DNA of 55,419 nucleotides from assembly GCA_009697485.1 (NCBI GenBank), contig SICY01000001.1, positions 1-55,419 on the forward strand, read 5' to 3'. Position numbers and translations under genes: made by a program. This stretch comes from Nitrosarchaeum sp. (GTDB lineage Archaea > Thermoproteota > Nitrososphaeria > Nitrososphaerales > Nitrosopumilaceae). Each line of letters opens with the position of its first letter. Position 1 is the first letter of the stretch. Under the pieces are notes generated by a model. It was given only the letters and a program-made list of their open reading frames with translations, had not been told where the DNA came from and made no database searches. Below, in pieces: positions 38,936-49,013 of this stretch.

Positions 38936-40641
38936 TTGTGTGTAAAAATTGCTTGATTCTGTGAATCTTTTCTACAATACCCAAATCTGACAAATTGAAT
39001 TTCCTCTCCATCTTTTAATTGTAAGTAATGTGGTTCTGTATAAACCTCCAATTCTTCTAAGCTATTTTCGTTAAACTTATCATCAATAAATAATTGTTTT
39101 GGAATGAGAATTTTGATTATATGGGCATTTTTTTGTGATACCCATTGAATTTTTTGTATGTCTGTAATGTTTCCATCTTTTATGAATTCGCCCTCTAATT
39201 CTCCATTGATCTTTGATATTACAATATTTCCCAATCCTAATAATCTGATCTGAGTGCCTTCTTTGATGTTTTCTGCATCTTCTCCTGAAATATAGAAATT
39301 TTCATCTAAATTGATTTTTCTTTTCCCCATATCTCTTATTGGATGATTTGGAATTTCTACAAATGAAAATGGTAATTTTTTAATTGTGAGTTTTTTTGGT
39401 TTGTTCACCATAAATAATCTAATACTGTCTGCATCCACAAATTTTCTATTGAATGATTCAAGTGCATCAAATGGTGCTAGAGTATTCGCTTTAGTTAATC
39501 CTAAAGATAAAATAAATTTTTTTATTGCTTCTGGTTTAATCCCTCTTCTTCTGAGTGATTCTAAAGTAGGTAATCTTGGATCATCATACCATGATACCTT
39601 TCCTTCTTCTATCAATGGTTTGAGGATTCTTTTAGAAATGGGCATTCCCTTGAATTCGAGCCTAGAAAAGAAATCCTGATATGGTTTTCGCATATTTAAT
39701 GCATCTAAAATAGCATCAATTAGCTCTTTTCTTAATTCAAATTCCTTAGAACGAAATGCATGAGTAACCCCATCATTACTATCTTCAATTGCTACGGCAA
39801 AATCATAACTTGGCCAAACGCGATATTTGTTTCCCAATGTGTAATGTTTTTCATCAATTATTCTAAATAATACTGGATCTCGCATTACTGCATTATCTGC
39901 TTTCATATCTCCGCGAAATCTCACGATTGCATCTCCAGGTTTAAACTTGTCAAACATTTTTTCCCAACCTTGAATATTTTGTTTAATGTCTCCTCTGCTA
40001 CATTTGCATGCTTTTCTTTCCTTTCTATTGTTGCTTATGTCCTCTCTCTTACAAGTACAGATGTAAGCTTTTCCAGAATTGATCAACTCAATTCCTTTTT
40101 TATAAAATAACTCCATATCATCTGAAGTATTTTTTATGATATCAAATTTGATTCCTAGCCAATCTAATCCCACTTTAATTGCAGCATGGTATTCCATTCT
40201 TTCAGCTTCTGGATTTGTATCATCCATTCTCAAAATAAATTTACCACCATACATCTTTGCATATTCTGCATTAATGATAGCTGCTTTAGCATGTCCTATG
40301 TGTGGATATCCATTAGGTTCTGGTGGAAATCTCGTTATGACTTTTCCTTGTTCTGCATTTTTTAATGGAGGTAATCCTTCTCTTTCCTCAATTTTTTCTT
40401 TTGGAATTAAAATTTCCGGAAAGTTTTCTTCTATTTCCTTTCTTTGTTCCTCAAATGATATTTGATTAACTGCAGAAACAATCTCTGCAATATTTCCAAC
40501 AATTTCCTTTACCTTAGATCTGAATTCTGGTTTTGTTCCAAGAATCTTTGCTAATACAATTTTATCCTGAGTTTTCCCCTCATGCTCAAATGCATTTTGC
40601 AGTGCTATTTTTCGAATTTCTTTTTTTATCTCTTCATCCAA
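38932..40641 (-). CDS. gltX: Glutamyl-tRNA synthetase
   Basis: RFPPEPNGYPHIGH, ISKR, DDPRLPT, QFVRFGY. Confidence 0.95.
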   Translation of the reverse strand: MDEEIKKEIRKIALQNAFEHEGKTQDKIVLAKILGTKPEFRSKVKEIVGNIAEIVSAVNQISFEEQRKEIEENFPEILIPKEKIEEREGLPPLKNAEQGKVITRFPPEPNGYPHIGHAKAAIINAEYAKMYGGKFILRMDDTNPEAERMEYHAAIKVGLDWLGIKFDIIKNTSDDMELFYKKGIELINSGKAYICTCKREDISNNRKERKACKCSRGDIKQNIQGWEKMFDKFKPGDAIVRFRGDMKADNAVMRDPVLFRIIDEKHYTLGNKYRVWPSYDFAVAIEDSNDGVTHAFRSKEFELRKELIDAILDALNMRKPYQDFFSRLEFKGMPISKRILKPLIEEGKVSWYDDPRLPTLESLRRRGIKPEAIKKFILSLGLTKANTLAPFDALESFNRKFVDADSIRLFMVNKPKKLTIKKLPFSFVEIPNHPIRDMGKRKINLDENFYISGEDAENIKEGTQIRLLGLGNIVISKINGELEGEFIKDGNITDIQKIQWVSQKNAHIIKILIPKQLFIDDKFNENSLEELEVYTEPHYLQLKDGEEIQFVRFGYCRKDSQNQAIFTHK

Positions 40642-40642
40642 A

Positions 40643-41623
40643 TTATAGACTCCTTTTTACTACGAAATCTAAGAGATCTATTAATTCTGTTTTAGCAGAG
40701 CCTGAATATTTTGAAAGTGATTTTTTTGCCATTTCTGCATACTCTAGAGCCTGTGTCCTCACGTTCTCCTCTATTCCAAGCGAGCGAATTACATCTACTG
40801 CATTTTTGAGGTCATTTTTAGTTGCTTTTGGATTGCCAAATGCCTTGAGAATTACTTTTTTATCTTTTCCCTTGGCTGATTCTATTGCCATGAGAATTGG
40901 AAGTGATTTCTTTCCTTCTCTTAGATCATTTCCAACAGGTTTTTTTGTAATTTTTGGATCTCCCATAACTCCAATAAGATCATCTGTAATTTGGAACGCA
41001 ATTCCCAAATTTCTTCCAAAATTTGATAAATTTGAAATGTCTTTTTGATTACCTGTTGCACAAATTGCTCCCATTGAGCATGACACATCAAATAACGCAG
41101 CAGTTTTTTTTCCGATCATTGCAATGTATTCTTTTTGTGATGGAATTCTTTTCTCCTCTGCCATTTTTACATCTAATAATTGTCCTTCACATACATCCAC
41201 ACATGCTTTTGCTAATCTGGAAACCAATTGGACTGTTGCATCCTTAGATAATTTTGAATCTGAAATTATCTGATATGCCTTTGAAAATAACACATCTCCA
41301 GCTAGTATTGCAATCGGCATCCCAAATTTTTTATGAACAGTAGGTACACCATGACGCATCTCATCATTATCCATAATGTCATCATGAACCAAAGTGAAAT
41401 TGTGTATCATTTCTACTGCACTAGCAGCTGGCATTGCAATTATTGTATTTCCTCCCAAAATTTGACAACTCTTGATCACCATATGTGGTCTGAGTCTTTT
41501 TCCACCATGAATAATCAAATGTGCTGCTGCATCATAAAGCATTTTGGGGTTTCCTTTTAGTTTGGAATTTAGATATTTATTGACAATTCTTGCATTTTTT
41601 TCAATTGTTTTTGTTTTTTTCAT
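40643..41623 (-). CDS. idsA: Geranylgeranyl diphosphate synthase
   Basis: GGKRLRP, FTLVHDDIMD (bulky Phe upstream of FARM), GQLLD, KTA, FQITDD; ATGA overlap with idi. Confidence 0.92.
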   Translation of the reverse strand: MKKTKTIEKNARIVNKYLNSKLKGNPKMLYDAAAHLIIHGGKRLRPHMVIKSCQILGGNTIIAMPAASAVEMIHNFTLVHDDIMDNDEMRHGVPTVHKKFGMPIAILAGDVLFSKAYQIISDSKLSKDATVQLVSRLAKACVDVCEGQLLDVKMAEEKRIPSQKEYIAMIGKKTAALFDVSCSMGAICATGNQKDISNLSNFGRNLGIAFQITDDLIGVMGDPKITKKPVGNDLREGKKSLPILMAIESAKGKDKKVILKAFGNPKATKNDLKNAVDVIRSLGIEENVRTQALEYAEMAKKSLSKYSGSAKTELIDLLDFVVKRSL

Positions 41624-42261
41624 TTTACTAATCTCCATTTATTATCTGGAAGATGAACTCTAATTGCTTTTTGCAATTCTTTTTGCAATTCTGAACTAAT
41701 CCATAATGATAAAATATCTCCATATTTTTCTAACATTAATTTTTCTGATTTATCTAATAATTCTAATGCAATTAGCATCCAAGGGCAATATATTTTTGGG
41801 TTGTTTTTTAATTCAGAAAGCAATTCATTAGATGAAATCCATTTGATTTTATCTATTTCATCTTCAACTACATTAAATTGAATTGAATCATTTACTATTC
41901 CAACAAGTGTGCCACAAATTTCGTTTTCTGAGCCTATGTCTTTGTATGGAACATGATACTCAAATTTGAACAAATAATCTAACTTACATGCGATGCCTAA
42001 TTCTTCTGGCATTCTTCTTTCTGCTGATGAGACATATGTTTCAGGCTTTCTTGGGTGGCTAGCTACGGTTCCATCCCAATCTCCTGGCCACAGCATTTTT
42101 TCTTTAGCTCTTCTGGTTAGAACCAATCTTCCACTTTTATCAAATAGTAACGCTGTAAATGCTCTATGTAGTTTGCCATTTGGTAAGTGACACTTTACTT
42201 TTTCTTCTGTTCCAATCGGATTGTCGTCTTTATCAACTAAAACAAGATATTCTTCACCCAT
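41620..42261 (-). CDS. idi: Type 1 isopentenyl-diphosphate isomerase (Nudix fold)
   Basis: LHRAF, WPG.W....SHP, RRMPEELG, ENEIC, CPW. Confidence 0.88.
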   Translation of the reverse strand: MGEEYLVLVDKDDNPIGTEEKVKCHLPNGKLHRAFTALLFDKSGRLVLTRRAKEKMLWPGDWDGTVASHPRKPETYVSSAERRMPEELGIACKLDYLFKFEYHVPYKDIGSENEICGTLVGIVNDSIQFNVVEDEIDKIKWISSNELLSELKNNPKIYCPWMLIALELLDKSEKLMLEKYGDILSLWISSELQKELQKAIRVHLPDNKWRLVK

Positions 42262-43006
42262 TTCTTTTTCCTCTAAACATCGTTCCTTCAAATTTCCTAT
42301 TTTTAATCGCTTTCACAATTCTTTCAGGTTTGTTACCATTTACAAAAAATACATCCATTCCCATCTTTGAAATATTTGTTGCTTCTTCAACTTTCCTTGT
42401 CATGCCTCCTGTAACATCCATATTATTTTTTGAAATAATTGGATTTTCTCCTTTTAACTCACGAATTAATTTTTTCGATTTTAGATCAGAGTATAAACCG
42501 TCTTCATTTAGCACAAAAATACACAATCTTGGTTTTAGAATTTTTGAAAGATGTGTCATAATTTTATCACCTGATAAAATATATGTTTTTTTGTGACCAT
42601 ACCAAAGCGCATCTCCAAAAGTAATCGGAATTAGTCCTGCCTTTGCAATTTTCTCAATTTCTTTTATTTTGTTTGTAATGGGTTTATTACCTGACATAAA
42701 ATCTGTGGGTGGAAGACAATATGGATTTAATTTATTTTTTAAAAATGCGTCTAAAATAATTTTATTTAATTCAATCATTGAATTTTTAACAACAGATATC
42801 CCATGTGTATTATATTTTGTTGGTTTTGTATGCATATCATATTTTACAGACCAATAATGCCCAAAAGAACCTCCACCATGAACAATTATGATCGGCTCAT
42901 TTATTTTCTTTAAATGTTTAACAATATTTTCAATTGTTTTTCTCCTTGGGGATAATGGCTTTTCCTTATTGGTGATAATTGAACCGCCTAATTTTATTAG
43001 AATCAT
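42254..43006 (-). CDS. ipk: Isopentenyl phosphate kinase
   Basis: KLGGSIIT, HGGGSFGH, SGD, DVTGGM. Confidence 0.92.
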   Translation of the reverse strand: MILIKLGGSIITNKEKPLSPRRKTIENIVKHLKKINEPIIIVHGGGSFGHYWSVKYDMHTKPTKYNTHGISVVKNSMIELNKIILDAFLKNKLNPYCLPPTDFMSGNKPITNKIKEIEKIAKAGLIPITFGDALWYGHKKTYILSGDKIMTHLSKILKPRLCIFVLNEDGLYSDLKSKKLIRELKGENPIISKNNMDVTGGMTRKVEEATNISKMGMDVFFVNGNKPERIVKAIKNRKFEGTMFRGKRNG

Positions 43007-43029
43007 GCTGTCACCAAATATTCATTCCA

Positions 43030-43977
43030 TTAAAAAGTATCCAATCCTTTGAAGTCAATTTTTGCAGAAAAACACTCATAGTTTTTCTTTTTAAATTGTT
43101 CAACCACATTTTCTAAATTTGATTCATCAGTTAATGCAATAATACATCCACCTCCACCTGCACCTGTTATTTTTGCTCCAAGTGATGATTCTTGGGTCAA
43201 TTCAATCATTGAACGTAATTTTTCATTAGATATGCCTATTGTCTCCAAGTATTCTTGATTTTTTAACATATTTTTACCCAGGCCTGATAAATCATTATTT
43301 TTCAAAAGAACTAGGACATTATTGATCAGCTCCGACTCTTCTTTACATAGGTTGGAAAATTTTTCCTCATTTTTCTCTTTGAATTGCTTTACGTTTGCAG
43401 CTATTACTTCTGTAGAATGTTCTATTTTTGAGTTTGCAATTACCAAATGAAAATTAGATTCTGAATTTATTTTTGAGAATCCATTTTTTTTATCATATTC
43501 CATAATGCCTCCAAAAGTACACACGGTACAGTCTGCACCAGACGTATTTTGAAAAATAGTTCTTTCAGCCTCAATTGCCAACTCTAGGATCTCTTTTTTT
43601 GATGTTTCAGAAAATAATCTTGAGATAGCTGCTGCACCTGCAACACAACAAGCAGAAGAAGAACCTAAACCCACTCCCAAAGGAATCTCTGATTGAACTA
43701 GTATTTCGATTCCTGTGTTTTGATTATATTTTTCTATCATTTTATTTGCTAAGAAATAAAATGGTTTTAGTGGAGATTTAATTTCGGTAATTGGTTTATT
43801 TGGTGGCATGTTCAAATCTCCTATGTTTGATTTAATTGAAATTGTATTTTCATGTATTTTGCTGGCACTTACTGTAACCCGTTTGTTTATTGCACATAGT
43901 ATTGCTTTTACTCCATAAACTACAAAATGCTCCCCAAAAAGAATTACCTTTCCAGGTGCAGAAGCGTTAGATTTCAA
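43030..43977 (-). CDS. mvk: Mevalonate kinase
   Basis: APGKVILFGEH, GLGSSSA, SGAD, KITGAGGGG; TTG at 43977 overlaps the upstream stop codon. Confidence 0.93.
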   Translation of the reverse strand: MKSNASAPGKVILFGEHFVVYGVKAILCAINKRVTVSASKIHENTISIKSNIGDLNMPPNKPITEIKSPLKPFYFLANKMIEKYNQNTGIEILVQSEIPLGVGLGSSSACCVAGAAAISRLFSETSKKEILELAIEAERTIFQNTSGADCTVCTFGGIMEYDKKNGFSKINSESNFHLVIANSKIEHSTEVIAANVKQFKEKNEEKFSNLCKEESELINNVLVLLKNNDLSGLGKNMLKNQEYLETIGISNEKLRSMIELTQESSLGAKITGAGGGGCIIALTDESNLENVVEQFKKKNYECFSAKIDFKGLDTF

Positions 43978-44807
43978 GTGAACACTATTGATCCATACCC
44001 AACAACTGAGCTCGTATCTCCTGTAATATCTCCACTTGTAGCATATTTGAGCAATTCTCCTTTTGTAGCACCTAATTCTTTGCATGCTATCATGGTGGCT
44101 GCAATTGCTCCGTAACCGCAAGCGCTTACATTTCTATCTTCTAAAATATTATAAAATTTTTTTACATCTAATTTCAATATTGGTTCAATCAAAGCCATGT
44201 CTTGTTCATGTGCAAATTCATTTTGTTCGTAATGAGTAAAATCTGAAGAACCAATAATCATGACTTTCTTTTTTTCTGCAATTTTTACAATTGCTAGTCC
44301 TATGTCTTTAGCGGCATCTTTATTTTGATTAATCATGGATATTGGTAAGATTTTGAAATCTGAATACATTTCTTGCATTATGGGTATTTGCACCTCTAAA
44401 CTGTGTTCTCGTGTGTGAGAAAAATAATCCACATCAATTATTTTTGATATGTGGGAAATTTCTTCTGCTGCTTCTGAATCTACTTCCACATCCCCTAACG
44501 GTGTATTCCATTTACAGTCTTTCATTGTTGCAACACTACTTCCAATTCCCCAGTGATTGGGTCCAATTATTATAAATAATTCTGGCATATCTGATGATAT
44601 TGCATAAAATGAATGACATGCTATTGGACCTGAATACATGTATCCTGCATGTGGACAAATAACTCCAAAAATTTTCTTTTTAATATTGGATGGTGGAATT
44701 TTGCCTGGACCAAATTTATGCAAAAAACACTCTTTGATGGATTTTTTTAATTCTTTTTTTTCACTTGGATAGAACATTCCGGCTACTGCCGGCGTTCTAA
44801 TTTGCAT
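43974..44807 (-). CDS. MEMO1 / AmmeMemoRadiSam protein B
   Basis: VAGMFYP, PHAGY, EHSLE, SSDFTHY, ACG, VVGY. Confidence 0.92.
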   Translation of the reverse strand: MQIRTPAVAGMFYPSEKKELKKSIKECFLHKFGPGKIPPSNIKKKIFGVICPHAGYMYSGPIACHSFYAISSDMPELFIIIGPNHWGIGSSVATMKDCKWNTPLGDVEVDSEAAEEISHISKIIDVDYFSHTREHSLEVQIPIMQEMYSDFKILPISMINQNKDAAKDIGLAIVKIAEKKKVMIIGSSDFTHYEQNEFAHEQDMALIEPILKLDVKKFYNILEDRNVSACGYGAIAATMIACKELGATKGELLKYATSGDITGDTSSVVGYGSIVFT

Positions 44808-45430
44808 TACTCTATTTCCTCTTCCGTTATCTTTGTTTCAAAATCATCGATTTCGTATTTCATTGATTCATCTTCTTTTAGTTCTCCTCTTTCTATGAGA
44901 ACTTGACGAACCAATAGCCAATAGACTGTGGCAAGAGCTTTTCTTCCTCTGTTGTTTGCTGGAATAATCACATCTAGTTTAGATGTAATGTTATCCGTAT
45001 TTGAAATTCCAATTACTGGAATACCTGCATTGGTTGCTTCAGTAATTGCTTGTACATCTACTTGAGGATCAGAAATTAGAACCAATTTTGGTTCAATGTA
45101 GTATGGTAATGATGGATTGGTAAGAGTGCCAGGCATGAATCTACCTAGTAATTTTTTAGATCCTAACATTTCACAAAATTTCTCAATTGGAGTATTTGCA
45201 TATTGTCTAGCGGAACAGACAATGAGTTTATCGGTTCCAAGACGGTTGATGAATTTGGCAGCTGTTTTAATTTTTTCTAAAGTTATGTCAATATCGAGCA
45301 TGTATAGTCCTTCAGGACTAGCTTTTGTAATGAACGGTGTCATGAATTTTGTTTTAACTGGAGTTCCAACTCTAATTCCTGTGGATAGAATCTTCTTTTT
45401 GATTTCTGTGGTTTCTGCTTGTTCACTCAT
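44807..45430 (-). CDS. rps2: 30S ribosomal protein S2 (uS2)
   Basis: GRFMPGTLTN, IPANNRG. Confidence 0.96.
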   Translation of the reverse strand: MSEQAETTEIKKKILSTGIRVGTPVKTKFMTPFITKASPEGLYMLDIDITLEKIKTAAKFINRLGTDKLIVCSARQYANTPIEKFCEMLGSKKLLGRFMPGTLTNPSLPYYIEPKLVLISDPQVDVQAITEATNAGIPVIGISNTDNITSKLDVIIPANNRGRKALATVYWLLVRQVLIERGELKEDESMKYEIDDFETKITEEEIE

Positions 45431-45437
45431 AGCGATT

Positions 45438-46676
45438 TTAAATCTCTGCCATACCGCGTATTAAATCATGCTCTGATAGACGTATAAGCTCATTTAGTTT
45501 TGCTATTCTCTCTCCGCCAACTATCCCGACTTTGAGCATTTTTGACTTTGTTGCCAAACCTATGTGAGAAATATGCGAATCTATAGATTCTCCCGATCTA
45601 TGTGATGTGATTAATTTTATGTTGTTTTGATTTGCTACTTTAGCAAATTCAAAGGCATCATAAAGACTACCTGCCTGATTAACTTTGAGAATTGCAGCAT
45701 TACAAGATTTTAAATTAATTGCCTTTGTTAGAATGTCTTTATTGGTAACAATTAGATCATCTCCTGTAACTAATGTGTGTGGAAATTTAGCAGTTAGTTC
45801 TGCCATGTCATCAAATGCTTCTTCATGAACTGCATCTTCTGCATAGATTAATTTGTATTTTTGAATAATATTTGCAGCAAATTCAATTTGTTGTTCTGAA
45901 GAATTGACAAATCCTGCTCTTTCATAAACATACTTTTGTCTTTCTTCACTCCATTGAGTAGATGCTGCAAAGTCAACTCCTAAAGCTACTTCTTTTCCCA
46001 ATGTAAATCCTAAATTTTCACAAGCTTTTGCTGAAAATTCTAATGCCTTTATATTTTCTAATTTTGGTGCCCATCCTCCTTCATCTCCTCTCCCATTAGT
46101 GAAATTAGGATCCTCTTTTTCTAAAACATGACGCAATTCTTTATGAACTGATAAATTAGTTTCAATAGCATCTCTAATTGTTTTTGCCCCTATGGCACAA
46201 ATCAAAATCTCTTGAATGTCTGGTGTTCCTGGTCCTGCGTGAGCCCCACCTCCTAAAATATTTCCCAATGGAAATGGAAACTTGAAAGATGATTCAGATG
46301 ATAATATTTGAAATAAAGGCCTGTCTAATGATTTTGAAGCAGATTCCATTGATGCAATAGTTACTGCAAATGCTAATGCTCCTCCAATTTTTGAATAATT
46401 TGACGATTGATCAATACTTCTTAGCGTCTCATGTATTGTTTTAAGATCTAATGATTCTAACCCAACAAATTTTTGAGAATTTTCATTTAATATTCTTAGA
46501 CTTTCCTCCGGTTTTCCATTTGGGAAGCTAACTGCTTCATATTTTCCAACACTAGCTCCAGATGGTGCACAAACTCTACCTAGAAATTTATTTTCTGATA
46601 TGACATCAACTTCGATAGTTTTACTTCCACGACTGTTGTAAATGATACGTCCGTCAATGGAGGTTATTTTTGGCAA
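45438..46676 (-). CDS. eno: Enolase
   Basis: NSRG, PSGAS, GDEGG, GDDL, KVNQ, SHRSGE. Confidence 0.95.
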   Translation of the reverse strand: MPKITSIDGRIIYNSRGSKTIEVDVISENKFLGRVCAPSGASVGKYEAVSFPNGKPEESLRILNENSQKFVGLESLDLKTIHETLRSIDQSSNYSKIGGALAFAVTIASMESASKSLDRPLFQILSSESSFKFPFPLGNILGGGAHAGPGTPDIQEILICAIGAKTIRDAIETNLSVHKELRHVLEKEDPNFTNGRGDEGGWAPKLENIKALEFSAKACENLGFTLGKEVALGVDFAASTQWSEERQKYVYERAGFVNSSEQQIEFAANIIQKYKLIYAEDAVHEEAFDDMAELTAKFPHTLVTGDDLIVTNKDILTKAINLKSCNAAILKVNQAGSLYDAFEFAKVANQNNIKLITSHRSGESIDSHISHIGLATKSKMLKVGIVGGERIAKLNELIRLSEHDLIRGMAEI

Positions 46677-46677
46677 A

Positions 46678-46914
46678 CTATTCTAACTCAGATTGGACTT
46701 CTTGGTGTCTTCTCTGTATTGCTTCATAAAATGGAATAACTTGTTGAATAGTTTCAACAGTGGTTAATAGCATCCTTCTGCAACAATATCTGCTTATTCC
46801 CAAAGAGTCTAGTCCTTTAGCTGGATCTTCTCCAGATCTTACTTTATTTTGATAATCTTCAAACTTATCCGCAATTAAATTTCCACAAGTAAAACATCTT
46901 ACAGGAACTAACAT
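46678..46914 (-). CDS. rpoN: RNA polymerase subunit N (Rpo10)
   Basis: MLVPVRCFTCG...RYCCRRM; start at ATG 46914. Confidence 0.96.
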   Translation of the reverse strand: MLVPVRCFTCGNLIADKFEDYQNKVRSGEDPAKGLDSLGISRYCCRRMLLTTVETIQQVIPFYEAIQRRHQEVQSELE

Positions 46915-46966
46915 ACGAACAAAAAAGTAATCAAGGATTATAAAAACCATTCAAGAAATTTCTATT

Positions 46967-47051
46967 GCGGGTGTCGCCCAGCTCGGTCAAAGGCGCTAGC
47001 TTGAGGGGTTAGTCTCTTAGGAGTTCGTGGGTTCAAATCCCATCACCCGCA
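46967..47051 (+). tRNA. tRNA-Leu(GAG)
   Basis: Acceptor GCGGGTG/CACCCGC, anticodon loop TT GAG GG, long variable arm CTC-TTAG-GAG, TTCAAAT T-loop. Confidence 0.93.
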
Positions 47052-47067
47052 TATAATTTCATTTTAT

Positions 47068-47688
47068 TCAAATTTTATTTTGTAGTTTGTTTAATGCTTT
47101 GATTAGTTCAGAGCGTCTTTTTTCTTCTGTGATTGCACCTCTGACATCATCGACTAAAATACGATCTACATCAATTTTTCTTCTAGCCTCTTTTAGCACT
47201 TTATCATACATTGAAAATGGATACAAATGCAGATACAAATTTTCCATTATTTCAAAAATTCTTGAAGCATTATCTATATCCCCCATTCTAATTTTATCAA
47301 AAATCATTCGTTTTAATTCTCCTACACAATCCATTAATCCTAAAACATATGACTCTGGCATTACATCTAATTGCTTTTCTGAAGGAATTTCATTTTTTTC
47401 AACAATGGCAATTAGAGATGCTGCCTCAACAAATTCTTGTTCTGGCATAATCATGTATCTTCGAAGATCAGACGTAGCTTTTTTCTTGTATTTTTTTAGC
47501 AACACATCTGCTTGTTTTAGATTGTTTTTTGCAGATTTCATATCTCCTGTATGTACTGATATGATGGATTTACTACACAGAATTATTATCTCTCTTGTAT
47601 TTTTTAGCAAAAATTCTCTGGCATCTTGAACTTCTGATAATGATTTTGCAATTTTATTCAAAGATGGCTTTACATTTTTCAACGTCAT
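47068..47688 (-). CDS. Translin/TRAX (C3PO-like) family protein
   Basis: QEFVEA and YVLGLMDCVGELKR motifs. Confidence 0.85.
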   Translation of the reverse strand: MTLKNVKPSLNKIAKSLSEVQDAREFLLKNTREIIILCSKSIISVHTGDMKSAKNNLKQADVLLKKYKKKATSDLRRYMIMPEQEFVEAASLIAIVEKNEIPSEKQLDVMPESYVLGLMDCVGELKRMIFDKIRMGDIDNASRIFEIMENLYLHLYPFSMYDKVLKEARRKIDVDRILVDDVRGAITEEKRRSELIKALNKLQNKI

Positions 47689-47760
47689 ATTCGTGTATGG
47701 ATAAAACCTAGGATAAATCGTTTGCCAAAGCTCTTATTTTGCTTCTAATGTATTCTAATT

Positions 47761-48405
47761 ATGGAAATATCTGTAGAGCAAATGATGCAAATAGAAAATA
47801 ATGGGCATCGCATGGGTTTTTTAAAAAAATTTATGATGGAAAACGCTGGTGCTATAGCAGTTAAAAGACTAGCAGAAAAATTTGATACTCTTGAATCAAA
47901 GAATGTTTTGATTTTTGTTGGATTGGGAAATAATGGTGGAGATGGATTAGTTATGGCTAGACATCTTGCAGGTTATGGTTCAAAAGTTGTAGTGGTTTTA
48001 CTTGGGACTCCAGATAAAATCAAAACTGAAGAAAGCCAATGGAATTGGTCACTACTGGAAAAAATGCCATCTGTTAAATTGATATCTAGCATAGATGATC
48101 TTGATTTCACTCCAGACATAATTGTAGATGGAATCCTAGGAACTGGAATCTCTGGAGAAATAAGAGAACCATATGCAAGTGCAATAAAATACATCAATGA
48201 TTCAAATTGCTTTAAAATTGCAGTTGATATCCCATCTGGAGTTAATCCTGATAATGGAGAAACTGCAAATATCTTTGTACAAAGTGACATGACAGTCACA
48301 TTTCATAAAATGAAGAGGGGAATGCCAAAAAGAAGAGATTTGTGTGGTGAAATATTTGTTGAAAAAATAGGGATTCCACCAGAAGCTGAAGAGGGTGTAT
48401 TATGA
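47761..48405 (+). CDS. nnrE: NAD(P)H-hydrate epimerase
   Basis: MENAG, GNNGGDG, DGILGTG, DIPSG. Confidence 0.92.
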   Translation: MEISVEQMMQIENNGHRMGFLKKFMMENAGAIAVKRLAEKFDTLESKNVLIFVGLGNNGGDGLVMARHLAGYGSKVVVVLLGTPDKIKTEESQWNWSLLEKMPSVKLISSIDDLDFTPDIIVDGILGTGISGEIREPYASAIKYINDSNCFKIAVDIPSGVNPDNGETANIFVQSDMTVTFHKMKRGMPKRRDLCGEIFVEKIGIPPEAEEGVL

Positions 48406-49013
48406 AAGTTCATCAAATCCAAGTTGGGAATATGCAGAATTTCACATATGTTGTGGAAGACGAAGATACCAATGAAGGAATAATAATTGATCCCTCTTGG
48501 GATCTTGATCAAATCGAACAAATCATCAAACGAAATAATTTAAAAATAAAATACATCATTAACACTCATCATCATTCTGATCACACCTTGGGAAATGAAG
48601 GAATGATAAAATCAACTAATGCAAAAATAATCCAACATGAAAAATCTGAATTAAAACATGATATTACAGTAAAAGATGGCGATGTAATTGAATTTGGGAA
48701 TTCAAAACTAACTGTTTTACATACTCCCGGTCATTCTAAAGATAGCATATGTTTAATTGGAGACGGAAAAATTTTTTCTGGTGATACGCTTTTTGTAGGA
48801 AATTGTGGACGTATAGATTTGCCAGGAGGTAGCGCAAAAGAACAATATCATAGTCTTTTTGATGTTCTTTATTCGTTGAATGATGATCTTGTTCTTTATT
48901 CTGGCCATAATTATGGACATTCTTTAACATCTACAATTGGACAAGAGAAAATAACTAATTTTGTCATGCAAAAGCGAACTGAACAAGAATTTGTTGACAT
49001 GATGGGACAATGA
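48402..49013 (+). CDS. Metallo-beta-lactamase-fold hydrolase (glyoxalase II-like)
   Basis: THHHSDH, TPGH, SGDTLF, GH. Confidence 0.9.
   Translation: MKVHQIQVGNMQNFTYVVEDEDTNEGIIIDPSWDLDQIEQIIKRNNLKIKYIINTHHHSDHTLGNEGMIKSTNAKIIQHEKSELKHDITVKDGDVIEFGNSKLTVLHTPGHSKDSICLIGDGKIFSGDTLFVGNCGRIDLPGGSAKEQYHSLFDVLYSLNDDLVLYSGHNYGHSLTSTIGQEKITNFVMQKRTEQEFVDMMGQ

Noticed and set aside
43978-44121. N-terminal extension of mevalonate kinase; likewise the extensions of IMPase (2103..2225) and rpoN (46915..46950)
   Set aside because: They overlap neighbouring genes or promoters, and family motifs begin downstream.
20315-47051. tRNA-anchored integrated element or IS
   Set aside because: No integrase or transposase, no duplicated tRNA 3' ends noticed, and flanking genes are housekeeping.
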